Positions 1 to 10,248 of a DNA stretch of 64,000 nucleotides are shown piece by piece. The DNA lies in IMG/VR virus record IMGVR_UViG_3300021093_000007; one strand, 5' to 3'. A model generated the notes under the pieces. That model saw nothing but the letters and a program-made list of their open reading frames with translations. It made no database searches and was not told the DNA's origin. Position numbers and translations under genes: made by a program. Numbering within the stretch: the first letter of the stretch is position 1; every line of letters starts with the position of its first letter. This DNA comes from a virus.

Positions 1-2
1 CA

Positions 3-281
3 TATGTATTCAATGAAAGTGTAATTGGTGCTGCAAGTAGTGCTAGGGCAAAAGTAAAATCTTGGGATGCTGTCAATCAGGTTCTAAAACTTGGTAATAT
101 TTTAGGGGACTTTATTGCAGGAGAAGCAATAATTGGTCAGTTTAGTGGAGCAGCATATGCAGTTAAGATTCTAAATAAGAATAATATTCCCGAAGACAAA
201 TTTGCTCAAAATCAAGACATTGAAATTGAAGCAGACCAAATAATAGATTTTAGTGAAACAAATCCATTTGGGATTCCATAA
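3..281 (+). CDS. gp14: neck protein gp14, C-terminal part (runs off window start)
   Basis: Open frame ending ...IIDFSETNPFGIP*, typical gp14 C-terminus; directly upstream of gp15. Confidence 0.8.
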   Translation, partial: YVFNESVIGAASSARAKVKSWDAVNQVLKLGNILGDFIAGEAIIGQFSGAAYAVKILNKNNIPEDKFAQNQDIEIEADQIIDFSETNPFGIP

Positions 282-297
282 AGGAGAATTGTAAACA

Positions 298-1287
298 ATG
301 TTTGATCATTTTTATCACCAAGTCTTCAGAAAGACTGTTATTGCATTTGGAACACTTTTTAATGGCATTACCATAAAAAGAGATGGTTCTGGTAATGATC
401 CTTCTGAAGTAATACAAGTCCCTTTAGCTTATGGACCAACTCAAAAATTCTTAGCAAGAATTGAGCAAGAACCAGATTTAAACAAACCAGTACAGATTAG
501 TTTACCCAGGATGTCTTTTGAATTTACTGGGATATCATATGATAATACTAGAAAACTAGCAGCAACACAAGCTTTTACAACTAGTTTAAAAAATGATGGC
601 AAAGAAATACGTAGAATGTATTTTCCAGTTCCATATAATATGGAATTTGAATTGTCAATCATGACTCTTTTGAATGATGATGCACTTCAAATTATTGAAC
701 AAATTCTTCCATACTTTCAACCAAATTTTACTCTTACAATTGATCTTGTTGAGTCTATAGGTGAAAAAAGAGATATTCCAATATCTTTAGAAAATGTATC
801 CTTCCAAGATAATTATGATGGTGATTACAATTCAAGAAGAGTTTTACTTTATACTTTAAAATTTGTTGCTAAAACTTATTTGTTTGGTCCAGTTCCAGAT
901 TCTTCAAAGGACATCATCAAAAAAGTTTCTATTGGTCTTGTTGGTGGAGAGTACAGTACTACAGCATCAAGAGGTTTAATCTACAAAGAACCAATTGCTA
1001 CAAGAAGTTATGCAGGAAATTTAGTGACAAACTTAGCAACTGATATTACAGATACACTAGCAATTCTTGAAGTAAATAATGCGTCAAATATTCCAGAAAA
1101 ATCTTACATTACAATTGATGATGAAACAATATATGTGAGATCAAAAAATAATAATACTTTAACTGTAACAAGAGGTGCTTATAAAACAGACAACGTTGAG
1201 CACGTTGGTGGAAGTGGTATCTATTTAATTTCTTCAGCAGATAATTCATTAATTATTGCTGGTGATGATTTTGGATTCGGTGGATAA
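298..1287 (+). CDS. gp15: tail sheath stabilizer / tail terminator gp15
   Basis: FYHQVFRKTVIAFGTLFN, VPLAYGPTQKF, LPRMSFE, PVPYN motifs; AAGGAG RBS; synteny. Confidence 0.93.
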   Translation: MFDHFYHQVFRKTVIAFGTLFNGITIKRDGSGNDPSEVIQVPLAYGPTQKFLARIEQEPDLNKPVQISLPRMSFEFTGISYDNTRKLAATQAFTTSLKNDGKEIRRMYFPVPYNMEFELSIMTLLNDDALQIIEQILPYFQPNFTLTIDLVESIGEKRDIPISLENVSFQDNYDGDYNSRRVLLYTLKFVAKTYLFGPVPDSSKDIIKKVSIGLVGGEYSTTASRGLIYKEPIATRSYAGNLVTNLATDITDTLAILEVNNASNIPEKSYITIDDETIYVRSKNNNTLTVTRGAYKTDNVEHVGGSGIYLISSADNSLIIAGDDFGFGG

Positions 1288-1291
1288 TATT

Positions 1292-1723
1292 ATGAAAGAT
1301 AAATTTGAGAATCTAAGTAATGCTTTTGATGTTGATTCATCAATTGTAAAAAAAGAGACTGCTGAAATATCTAAAGATATTAAGAGTGATGATTTTGATG
1401 TAACTAAAGATTATGAATATACTAGAGGTAATTTATATTCCATTATAGAAAAGGGTCAAGAGGCACTAGACAGTGCTTTAGAATTAGCAATTGATGGTGG
1501 ACAACCAAGAGCATATGAAGTTGTTGGGCAACTTATAAAAAATGTTGCGGATGCCACGGATAAATTATTAGACCTCCAGAAAAAATTAAAAGACCTTGAT
1601 GATGATAATTCTAGTAGAAAAGGAACAACAAATGTTACTAATAATGCGGTGTTTTTTGGATCTACTGATGAATTATCAAAATTTTTAAAGAAACAAAAGG
1701 GAAATGATCTTCCAGATAAATAG
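1292..1723 (+). CDS. gp16: terminase small subunit gp16
   Basis: DYEYTRGNLY, PRAYEVVGQLIK, NNAVFFGSTDEL motifs; ATG 1292 preferred over the ORF-track start. Confidence 0.93.
   Translation: MKDKFENLSNAFDVDSSIVKKETAEISKDIKSDDFDVTKDYEYTRGNLYSIIEKGQEALDSALELAIDGGQPRAYEVVGQLIKNVADATDKLLDLQKKLKDLDDDNSSRKGTTNVTNNAVFFGSTDELSKFLKKQKGNDLPDK
1717..1722 (+). promoter_or_regulatory. T4-type late promoter core (aTAAATA)
   Basis: GATAAATA overlapping the gp16 stop, just upstream of the 1730 ORF. Confidence 0.6.
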
Positions 1724-1729
1724 AAAAAA

Positions 1730-3148
1730 GTGTTTGTAGAAATGGCAAGTTTTACTATAGAACCCGATGATATTAGATCTGGTCAAAAAGCTGCAAAAAT
1801 AAGGGCTCTTGCAAAACAGGGCGCAACTCCAGGTGAGAGAAGGGCAGCCCAAAGTAAAACAAAGGGTCCTAGTATGCCAAAAGTAAGGGCAGGTGATAAA
1901 AATATTACGGACATTCATGCTGGATATGAACCATCATTAGCGGAAATCGTTCTTGGTGAAGAAATGTGTGGTAAAGGGCACTATTGGTGCAACACTGATA
2001 GACAGTGTAAAAAGATTCCTTCAGGATTTAAGATTGATGGTCAACCAATGGGGACTAAAAGAACTGAGGTTGGAATTGGTAAACCAGTTGCTGAGCAGAC
2101 TACCTGTAATCATACTAAAAAAGGAAATAACTGTCCTGTTCATGGGACAAAAGATTGTTCGGTTAAAGAAGAGAGTGTAACTATTGAAGATATGTTTGGT
2201 AATAAGTTTGTTGAATTTATTGATTTAATTAAACCACAAGATGTAGTGGATGAGAAAATGGGTTTATGGGATAATATCCATGCTCGCAGAGAAGCAGGAA
2301 AACCACGCAAAAAACCAGGACAAAAAGGTTATCCAAAAACATTAAATGTTGAAAATCATATTGATGTTGCTATGGGTAAAGAATTGGATGATGAGGGGTC
2401 AATGATTCTCAATCAACTCAATCAACTTGAAATGCATTGCAAGAGAATGAGAGAAGTTATCAAAGATCCTAAAATGCAGATTCCTGCATGGGTACAATCC
2501 AAAGTAACTCTTGCAACTGATTATATGGATGCAGTTGCCAATTATATGTCTGCTAAAAATGAAGAGTATGAAATTGATGAGGCAGTAAGACTTCCTTCAG
2601 AATATGGTAATTTGATTGCTGCAATTGTAATGTGGAGAGGTAGATCACAACAACTTACATTATTCTTCCCCCAAGCAAAAATGCCATCTAAAAAAGATGT
2701 TCAGAGAGAAGTCGAAAAGATTTATCCTGGTGGCAAAGTTATTACTTTTGGTTTAACCGATATTGCAAGTAACTACTCCGCAATTGATGCTCCGATTGTT
2801 AGGGTTGGATATTATGGTGGAAATCTTGGTAAACCAGGCCCAAATAAGAATTATGTAAAACCAATGGGAGAAGAAGTTGAAGTTGACGAAGATTGGCAAT
2901 CAGTCAATCGTAAAGATAAAACTGATGGTATGAGTAAAGCAGCAGTAGATGCATATCGCCGTGAAAATCCCAAATCTAAATTAAAAACGGCAGTTACTGA
3001 GAAAAAACCAACTGGTAAAAGAGCAAAACGTCGTTCTTCATTTTGCAGCAGAATGAAGGGCATGAAGTCCAAGTTAACTTCCGCAAAAACTGCAAGAGAC
3101 CCAGATTCAAGAATCAACAGAGCCCTTCGTCGTTGGAACTGTAACTAG
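1730..3148 (+). CDS. modular Lys/Arg-rich hypothetical protein, probable internal head protein processed by gp21 (start GTG 1730 or ATG 1742)
   Basis: 472 aa string of short basic or Cys-containing modules separated by EE/VDE/IDE; lies between gp16 and gp17. Confidence 0.6.
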   Translation: MFVEMASFTIEPDDIRSGQKAAKIRALAKQGATPGERRAAQSKTKGPSMPKVRAGDKNITDIHAGYEPSLAEIVLGEEMCGKGHYWCNTDRQCKKIPSGFKIDGQPMGTKRTEVGIGKPVAEQTTCNHTKKGNNCPVHGTKDCSVKEESVTIEDMFGNKFVEFIDLIKPQDVVDEKMGLWDNIHARREAGKPRKKPGQKGYPKTLNVENHIDVAMGKELDDEGSMILNQLNQLEMHCKRMREVIKDPKMQIPAWVQSKVTLATDYMDAVANYMSAKNEEYEIDEAVRLPSEYGNLIAAIVMWRGRSQQLTLFFPQAKMPSKKDVQREVEKIYPGGKVITFGLTDIASNYSAIDAPIVRVGYYGGNLGKPGPNKNYVKPMGEEVEVDEDWQSVNRKDKTDGMSKAAVDAYRRENPKSKLKTAVTEKKPTGKRAKRRSSFCSRMKGMKSKLTSAKTARDPDSRINRALRRWNCN

Positions 3149-3167
3149 TAAAATTTAATTAATTATT

Positions 3168-4814
3168 ATGGCAGTTGATCATTATCTTGGTAATCCTTTA
3201 TTAAAAAGGGCAAACACACCTCAAGGATTTACCGAAGAACAAATTATAGAGTTTGCCAAATGTATAGACGACCCAGTTTATTTTGCAAAAAATTATATCC
3301 ATATTGTTACCCTGGACTATGGATTGCAGACATTTAATCCATATCCATTCCAGGAAAAAATGCTTGATCGATTTCATAATAATCGATTCAATATTTGCAA
3401 ACTTCCTAGACAGTCTGGTAAGTCTACAATCGTGGTCTCGTATCTTTTACATTATGCAATTTTTAATGATAACGTAAATATTGCAATTCTTGCTAACAAA
3501 GCATCAACTGCAAAAGACTTATTAGACCGCCTTCAAACAGCGTATGAGAACCTTCCTAAGTGGTTACAGCAGGGCGTTCTAACATGGAACAAAGCATCTC
3601 TTGAACTAGAGAACGGTTCTAAGATTATTGCAGCGTCTACATCTGCATCAGCAGTTCGTGGTGGTTCATACAATATCATCTTTCTGGACGAATTTGCGTT
3701 CGTTGCAAACCATATTGCAGACCAATTCTTCAGCTCAGTATACCCAACAATTTCATCAGGTAAAAATACAAAGGTTATAATTGTTTCTACCCCACACGGT
3801 ATGAATCATTTTTATAAACTTTGGCACGATGCTGAGAGGGGTAAAAATGAATATATCCCAACTGAAGTTCATTGGAGTGATGTTCCTGGAAGAGATGATG
3901 CTTGGAAGAAGCAAACTATTGCCAACACATCTGAGCAACAATTTAGAGTTGAGTTTGAATGCGAATTCCTAGGATCTGTTGATACTCTAATTAGTCCAAG
4001 CAAATTAAGGAACTTGGTTTATGAATCCCCAGCAATTAGTAATCAAGGACTTGATGTTTTTGAAGATTGTAAAGAAGAACATAATTACATTATAACTGTT
4101 GATGTTGCCAGAGGTGTTGGTAATGATTACTCAGCATTTACTGTTATTGATATAACTCAATTCCCACATACATTAGTGGCAAAGTATAGGGATAATGAAA
4201 TAAAACCAATGCTATTTCCCAGCATTATTCATGAGGTTGCTAAAAATTATAATGAAGCTTATGTGTTATGTGAAGTAAATGACGTTGGTGACCAAGTTGC
4301 TAGTATTTTACAATATGACTTAGAATATAATAATCTTCTTATGTGCTCAATGAGAGGTAGAGCAGGGCAAATTGTTGGACAAGGATTCTCTGGCAAAAAG
4401 ACTCAACTTGGAGTCAAAATGTCAAAAACTGTCAAAAAAGTTGGTTGCCTTAATCTGAAGACTCTAGTTGAAGAAAGTAAACTTCTTTTTAAAGACTATG
4501 ACATTATTAGTGAATTAACTACTTTTATTCAAAAGTCAAATTCTTTTGAGGCAGAAGATGGTTGTAATGATGACCTAGCAATGTGCTTGGTAATCTATGC
4601 TTGGTTAGTTTTACAAGATTACTTTAAAGAACTTACAGACCAAGATGTAAGAAAAAAATTATATGAAGAACAAAAAAATCAAATTGAACAAGATATGGCA
4701 CCATTTGGATTTATTGTGGATGGGTTAGATTCAAATAGTTTTGTTGATGGTGATGGTGACCGATGGTTTACTGATGAATACGGTGATATGTCTTATATGT
4801 GGGAGTATCAATAA
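3168..4814 (+). CDS. gp17: terminase large subunit gp17
   Basis: Walker A PRQSGKST, Walker B IIFLDEFAF, VDVARG nuclease motif, NDDLAM. Confidence 0.98.
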   Translation: MAVDHYLGNPLLKRANTPQGFTEEQIIEFAKCIDDPVYFAKNYIHIVTLDYGLQTFNPYPFQEKMLDRFHNNRFNICKLPRQSGKSTIVVSYLLHYAIFNDNVNIAILANKASTAKDLLDRLQTAYENLPKWLQQGVLTWNKASLELENGSKIIAASTSASAVRGGSYNIIFLDEFAFVANHIADQFFSSVYPTISSGKNTKVIIVSTPHGMNHFYKLWHDAERGKNEYIPTEVHWSDVPGRDDAWKKQTIANTSEQQFRVEFECEFLGSVDTLISPSKLRNLVYESPAISNQGLDVFEDCKEEHNYIITVDVARGVGNDYSAFTVIDITQFPHTLVAKYRDNEIKPMLFPSIIHEVAKNYNEAYVLCEVNDVGDQVASILQYDLEYNNLLMCSMRGRAGQIVGQGFSGKKTQLGVKMSKTVKKVGCLNLKTLVEESKLLFKDYDIISELTTFIQKSNSFEAEDGCNDDLAMCLVIYAWLVLQDYFKELTDQDVRKKLYEEQKNQIEQDMAPFGFIVDGLDSNSFVDGDGDRWFTDEYGDMSYMWEYQ

Positions 4815-5044
4815 TGGAATTAGACAAGCAGATAAAGCTGAGTCATTTATTGCTTGTAGATAGAAGATGTAGAGTATGTGGAGAGAATAAAAATTTAATT
4901 GATGGATTTTACAGAACTCGTAAAAAAAGGGGGACAGTTGCTTCTTCATATTCTTATGAATGTAAAGATTGCACTGTAAAAAGGATTACTAGTTCTAGAA
5001 AAAATACTATTAAAGTTATGGAATGGGAATATCCAGATTGGTGA
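4814..5044 (+). CDS. small zinc-finger hypothetical protein
   Basis: CRVC...YECKDC Cys pairs; WEYPDW C-terminus; TAATG coupling with gp17. Confidence 0.7.
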   Translation: MELDKQIKLSHLLLVDRRCRVCGENKNLIDGFYRTRKKRGTVASSYSYECKDCTVKRITSSRKNTIKVMEWEYPDW

Positions 5045-5088
5045 TATTTGTTCACCCACAATTTCCCCCATGTAATTACCCATTTTCC

Positions 5089-5094
5089 TAAATA
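5089..5094 (+). promoter_or_regulatory. late promoter for gp18
   Basis: CTAAATA upstream of the AAGGAG RBS of gp18. Confidence 0.65.
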
Positions 5095-5131
5095 TTTTCA
5101 GATAAACTGAGACTTTTAAGGAGAATTATCC

Positions 5132-7927
5132 ATGGCGACTCCTCAATTATCTCCTGGTGTACTGACTAGAGAGGTTGATTTAACCGTAGGAAGAGCTGAC
5201 AATGTATTAGATAACATTGGAGGTATTGCAGGACCCTTTGAACTTGGTCCAGTAAACGAACCAATTACTGTTTCTACTGAACAGGAACTAATTAGCATTT
5301 TTGGTAAACCCCAAACCGCAGACAACCAATACGAGTATTGGATGAGTGCATCATCATACTTATCGTATGGTGGAGTCCTATCTGTTATTAGAACTGATGG
5401 TGCAAACCTTAAGAATGCTAACTGTGGTGTTGGAACAACTAGCGTAACAAATGTAAAAATTAAAAACTTTGATGACTTCAATGCTAATTATAGCAATACA
5501 GCAGCAAACTTTTATTATGCTGCTAAGAACCCAGGTACATGGGCAAATGGTTTGAAGATTTGCTATATTGACGATCTTGGAGACCAAATTCTTGGTATTG
5601 CAACAACTTCTTTGTCGAGCATTGGTGCTCAAGTTGGATATGCAGTAACTGTAGATGTTAGTGGTCAAGTTATTCCTGGCACAGGAACAACATCAGTCTT
5701 CCAAGGTTATTTAAAGGGAGTTATTACTCAAGCGATTGATTCTCCAGAAACAGGTGTCAGTGCTTTAGTTGTAAAAATCCATTCTAGAGTTTCTACTGGT
5801 GGTACAGAACCAGGTAGACAATATAGAACACATTATACACAAAATAGTTCGTTTGCATCTTTCTTAAAAGATCAAAGAGTTACAATTATTGATCCCAATG
5901 GATTAGTTGTCTCACCAACCGATTCAATTTCTGCAGTCGGAATTACTTCCTCCACCGCAATTAATGGTCAACAAGGACAAGCATATGCTGGAGTTGGTGG
6001 AACAACTGCAGGAACTGGATCTGGAGCAACATTTACTATTACCAGAAATAATACTGATGGTAACGTTCTAACTGCAGCAATTGTAAATGCTGGTTTAGGA
6101 TATACTGTTGGCGACACAGTATCAATTGCTGGAACTGCTGTTGGTGGTTACAATTTATCTCAAGGTGTTATTAACAACATTGGACTTACAACTGCTCCTG
6201 TAGTTGCACCAGCATCTAATGGTGTATATCTTGCTGTTGCTGGAGTAAGCACAGTTGGTTCTGGTGTATCCTTCAATGTTTACAGAAATGCTTCTGGTGG
6301 AATTGGAACTGTTACAATGGTCAATCCTGGATTGGGATATGGATCAAATACAGTGGTTACTATTCCTGGAGCATCAATTGGTGGAGTTACTCCTGGAGAT
6401 AATGCAACATTAACAGTTTCTTCTTTAAGAAATGATAAGGTTATTCTCACAGTAACAAATAGCAATTCAAGAGTTGTTATTGCTGGTGTTGATGATTGGT
6501 ACGATTCTCAAACTTTGGGACTCGATAATTCAACAATTTACTGGAGAACAATTGCACCAAAACCAGGAACATCAAACTATGTTGATGAGCGTGGTGGATA
6601 CAATGATGAATTACATCTTGTTGTAGTTGACGATGATGGAACTTTGACAGGAGTTAAAGGCAACATCCTTGAGAAGCATTTATTCTTATCGAAAGCAAAA
6701 GATACTGTATCGGAAGTTAATTCTCCACAAAAAATGTGGTATAAGAATTATCTTGCAAATTATTCAAACTACATTTATGCTGGTGCAAATCAATCAACAC
6801 AAAATGATTCTACCTGGAATACATTTCCAACAGGTATTAACTTCAACTTAGCAGATTCAGCTACAATTTACAACTTGGCAGATCCAAACACGGTATTTAG
6901 TGTTCCATCACTACCATCTCTTATTTGGGACAGAGATTCAAAAGATGCTTGGTTTTCTTCTATCGGTAGAGTTACTTATGATCTCGGAAATGGCAAAAAT
7001 TATACTACTCAAGGCAATTTAAAATCCACCTTAGGTGATATTATGGAATCTTATGAATTATTCAATAATAAAGAAGAAATTGCGGTAGATTACTTAATGA
7101 TGGGTCCTGGATTAGATTCGCTTAGTGATTCTCAAGCAAAAGCAAATAAACTGATTTCTATCGCAGATGGTAGAAAGGACTGTGTTGCAGTACTGTCTCC
7201 ACATAGAGGATCCGTTGTTGATCTATCAAATCCAATTGTTCAAACTAACAATGTTATTGAATTCTTTGGTCCTCTTCAATCTTCATCATATGCAGTTTTT
7301 GATAGTGGATATAAGTACACCTACGACAGATTCAATAACTTATTCCGTTATATTCCTTGCAACCCAGATGTTGCTGGATTAATGGCAAGAACAAATCTGA
7401 TTGCTTATCCATGGTTCTCACCTGCTGGTCAGCAAAGAGGTGTTTTAAAGAATGCTATTAAACTAGCATTTAATCCAAATAAATCTCAAAGAGATTCTTT
7501 ATATTCTGCAAGAGTTAATTCAATTGTCAATCAAACTGGAGCAGGCGTAATTCTTTTTGGAGATAAGACTGCACTAGCTTATGCATCTGCTTTTGATAGA
7601 ATTAACGTTCGTAGATTATTCTTAACAGTTGAGCAAGCTCTGGAGAGAGCTGCTGAAGCACAACTCTTTGAATTTAACGATCAGATTACAAGATCTAATT
7701 TTGTAAACATTGTTGAACCTTACTTACGTGATATTCAAGCTAAGCGAGGAATTTATGATTATCTTGTAATTTGCGATGAAACCAACAACACTCCAGATAT
7801 TATTGATAATAACGAATTTAGAGCTGATATCTTCCTGAAACCAGCTAAATCTATTAACTATATTACTCTAACATTTGTTGCGACCAGAACTGGAGTCAGT
7901 TTTGAAGAAGTCGCTGGTAGAGTTTGA
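5132..7927 (+). CDS. gp18: tail sheath protein gp18 with inserted duplicated beta domain
   Basis: SPGVLTREVDLT N-terminus, WFSPAG, FDRINVRRLF, KPAKSINYITLTFVA. Confidence 0.97.
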   Translation: MATPQLSPGVLTREVDLTVGRADNVLDNIGGIAGPFELGPVNEPITVSTEQELISIFGKPQTADNQYEYWMSASSYLSYGGVLSVIRTDGANLKNANCGVGTTSVTNVKIKNFDDFNANYSNTAANFYYAAKNPGTWANGLKICYIDDLGDQILGIATTSLSSIGAQVGYAVTVDVSGQVIPGTGTTSVFQGYLKGVITQAIDSPETGVSALVVKIHSRVSTGGTEPGRQYRTHYTQNSSFASFLKDQRVTIIDPNGLVVSPTDSISAVGITSSTAINGQQGQAYAGVGGTTAGTGSGATFTITRNNTDGNVLTAAIVNAGLGYTVGDTVSIAGTAVGGYNLSQGVINNIGLTTAPVVAPASNGVYLAVAGVSTVGSGVSFNVYRNASGGIGTVTMVNPGLGYGSNTVVTIPGASIGGVTPGDNATLTVSSLRNDKVILTVTNSNSRVVIAGVDDWYDSQTLGLDNSTIYWRTIAPKPGTSNYVDERGGYNDELHLVVVDDDGTLTGVKGNILEKHLFLSKAKDTVSEVNSPQKMWYKNYLANYSNYIYAGANQSTQNDSTWNTFPTGINFNLADSATIYNLADPNTVFSVPSLPSLIWDRDSKDAWFSSIGRVTYDLGNGKNYTTQGNLKSTLGDIMESYELFNNKEEIAVDYLMMGPGLDSLSDSQAKANKLISIADGRKDCVAVLSPHRGSVVDLSNPIVQTNNVIEFFGPLQSSSYAVFDSGYKYTYDRFNNLFRYIPCNPDVAGLMARTNLIAYPWFSPAGQQRGVLKNAIKLAFNPNKSQRDSLYSARVNSIVNQTGAGVILFGDKTALAYASAFDRINVRRLFLTVEQALERAAEAQLFEFNDQITRSNFVNIVEPYLRDIQAKRGIYDYLVICDETNNTPDIIDNNEFRADIFLKPAKSINYITLTFVATRTGVSFEEVAGRV

Positions 7928-7965
7928 CCTACTGGATTATTAAATAAAAAGGAGGAACCCTAACA

Positions 7966-8565
7966 ATGGCAAGAGCAATCAGAACTATCACCGACTTCAA
8001 AGCAAAACTTCAAGGCGGTGCAGCAAGACCAAACCTATTTGAGGTCAGTATCCCAAGATTCCCATCTTCTGTAAGTGGTTGGGACGATGAAACTTTTAAT
8101 TTCCTTTGCAAATCCGCTGCTCTTCCAGCATCAAACGTTGCATCAATCGACGTTCCTTTTAGAGGAAGAATTTTAAAAGTCGCTGGAGATCGTACATTTG
8201 ATGTTTGGACAGTCACAGTTATCAATGATGAAGACTTTAAACTAAGAACTTCATTTGAACAGTGGATGAACCAAATTAGTAAATTGAGCAATGCTACTGG
8301 AGCAACCAGTCCAGCATCATATATGGTTGATGCATATGTTCATCAACTAGGTAGAGGACAAACTAGGTTTTCAACTGCCAATACTTCATCAACCACAAAT
8401 ACTCCACTGAGATCATACAGACTTTATGATATATTCCCAACTAATGTATCACAAATTGATCTCTCATATGATACATCAGATACTATTGAGGAATATACTG
8501 TAGACTTCCAAGTTCAGTGGTGGCAAGCTGAGAGTAATGATCAAACTACAACTGCTATTACCTAA
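7966..8565 (+). CDS. gp19: tail tube protein gp19
   Basis: GGAARPNLFEV, VPFRGRILKVAGDRTF, IEEYTVDF; TAAATA 7941-7946 and GGAGG RBS upstream. Confidence 0.96.
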   Translation: MARAIRTITDFKAKLQGGAARPNLFEVSIPRFPSSVSGWDDETFNFLCKSAALPASNVASIDVPFRGRILKVAGDRTFDVWTVTVINDEDFKLRTSFEQWMNQISKLSNATGATSPASYMVDAYVHQLGRGQTRFSTANTSSTTNTPLRSYRLYDIFPTNVSQIDLSYDTSDTIEEYTVDFQVQWWQAESNDQTTTAIT

Positions 8566-8599
8566 TAAATAGTATAACAGTTTAAATTACTTACATATA

Positions 8600-10246
8600 A
8601 TGGCAAAATTGTTTGGATTCTCTATTGAGGATAGTAATAAAAAACCATCAGGATTGGTCTCCCCCGTTCCTCAGAATAATGAGGACGGGGCCGACTATTA
8701 TCTTACTAGTGGATTTTTTGGTTCTTATGTAGATATTGAAGGTGTTTATCGAAGTGAATTTGATTTAATCAAACGTTATAGAGAAATGGCACTTCATCCT
8801 GAAGTGGATGGTGCAATTGAAGATATTGTCAATGAAGCGATTGTTAGTGATACTAACGATAGTCCAGTTCAAATTGACCTTGATAATTTAAATGCCAGTG
8901 ACGGACTTAAAAAAAAGGTAAGAGAAGAATTTAAACATATTTTAGAATTAATGGACTTTGATAAAAAGTGCCATGAAATTTATAGGAATTGGTATGTTGA
9001 TGGTAGACTTTATTATCACAAACTTATTGATTTAAAAAATCCTCAAGACGGAATTCAAGAATTAAGATATATTGATGCCTTAAAAATGCGTCATGTTAGA
9101 CAAGCATCTAAAGGCAATAAGAATGATGCAAGACTTGGACCAAATGGAGAAAAGGATCCGATGGATTCTGGATTCCCAGATATCCAAGAATATTTTATTT
9201 ACAATGCGTCAGCAAATCAGATAGGAACAATCAATAATAGTTCAAATCAAGTTAATCAGGGAACTAAGTTTTCAAAAGATTCTATTACTTATTGCACATC
9301 TGGATTAGTTGACAGAAATAAAAATCTAACTCTTTCATATCTTCATAAAGCAATTAAATCTCTCAATCAACTCCGTATGATTGAGGATTCTCTTGTTATC
9401 TATCGTTTATCAAGAGCACCAGAGAGAAGAATTTTTTATATCGACGTAGGTAATCTCCCCAAAATTAAAGCGGAACAATATCTCCGTGATGTTATGATGC
9501 GTTATCGTAATAAACTAGTGTATGATGCTAATACTGGTGAAATTCGTGACGATAAAAAATATATGAGTATGCTTGAAGATTTTTGGTTGCCAAGAAGAGA
9601 AGGTGGTAGAGGAACTGAAATCTCCACTCTTCCTGGAGGTCAAAATTTAGGGGAGCTATCTGATATTAAATACTTCCAAGAAAAATTATATCGTTCTTTA
9701 AATGTCCCATCTTCTAGAATTGGTGGTCAGGAAGGATTTAATCTTGGAAGATCTTCAGAAATTTTAAGAGACGAACTTAAATTTACTAAATTTGTTGGTA
9801 GATTAAGAAAGCGTTTTTCCAACATGTTTAATGACATGTTAAGAACTCAACTTCTTCTTAAAAATATTATTACTCCAGAAGATTGGGAGTTGATGGAAGA
9901 GCATATTCAATATGACTTCTTATATGACAATCATTTTGCAGAATTAAAAGATGCGGAATTAATGACAGAAAGACTGAATATTGCAGCAACTGCAGAACCA
10001 TATATTGGTAAATATTACTCACAAGATTATGTAAGACGTAAGATTCTTCGTCAAACTGATGAAGAAATTATTGAACAAGATAAACTTATTAAGAAAGAAA
10101 TTGCTGCTGGAATCATTCCAGATCCAAACGCACCTATTGATCCAGCAACTGGTCAACCACTCGCAGCAGATCAAAATCTTGGGGCACCAATTAACGAACC
10201 AAACTTGGATAGTCAAAGTAAAACTGTAGAACCGCCACAAATTTAA
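8600..10246 (+). CDS. gp20: portal protein gp20
   Basis: YRLSRAPERRIFYIDVGNLPK, EDFWLPRREGGRGTEISTLPGG; TAAATA 8566-8571 upstream. Confidence 0.98.
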   Translation: MAKLFGFSIEDSNKKPSGLVSPVPQNNEDGADYYLTSGFFGSYVDIEGVYRSEFDLIKRYREMALHPEVDGAIEDIVNEAIVSDTNDSPVQIDLDNLNASDGLKKKVREEFKHILELMDFDKKCHEIYRNWYVDGRLYYHKLIDLKNPQDGIQELRYIDALKMRHVRQASKGNKNDARLGPNGEKDPMDSGFPDIQEYFIYNASANQIGTINNSSNQVNQGTKFSKDSITYCTSGLVDRNKNLTLSYLHKAIKSLNQLRMIEDSLVIYRLSRAPERRIFYIDVGNLPKIKAEQYLRDVMMRYRNKLVYDANTGEIRDDKKYMSMLEDFWLPRREGGRGTEISTLPGGQNLGELSDIKYFQEKLYRSLNVPSSRIGGQEGFNLGRSSEILRDELKFTKFVGRLRKRFSNMFNDMLRTQLLLKNIITPEDWELMEEHIQYDFLYDNHFAELKDAELMTERLNIAATAEPYIGKYYSQDYVRRKILRQTDEEIIEQDKLIKKEIAAGIIPDPNAPIDPATGQPLAADQNLGAPINEPNLDSQSKTVEPPQI

Positions 10247-10248
10247 TT

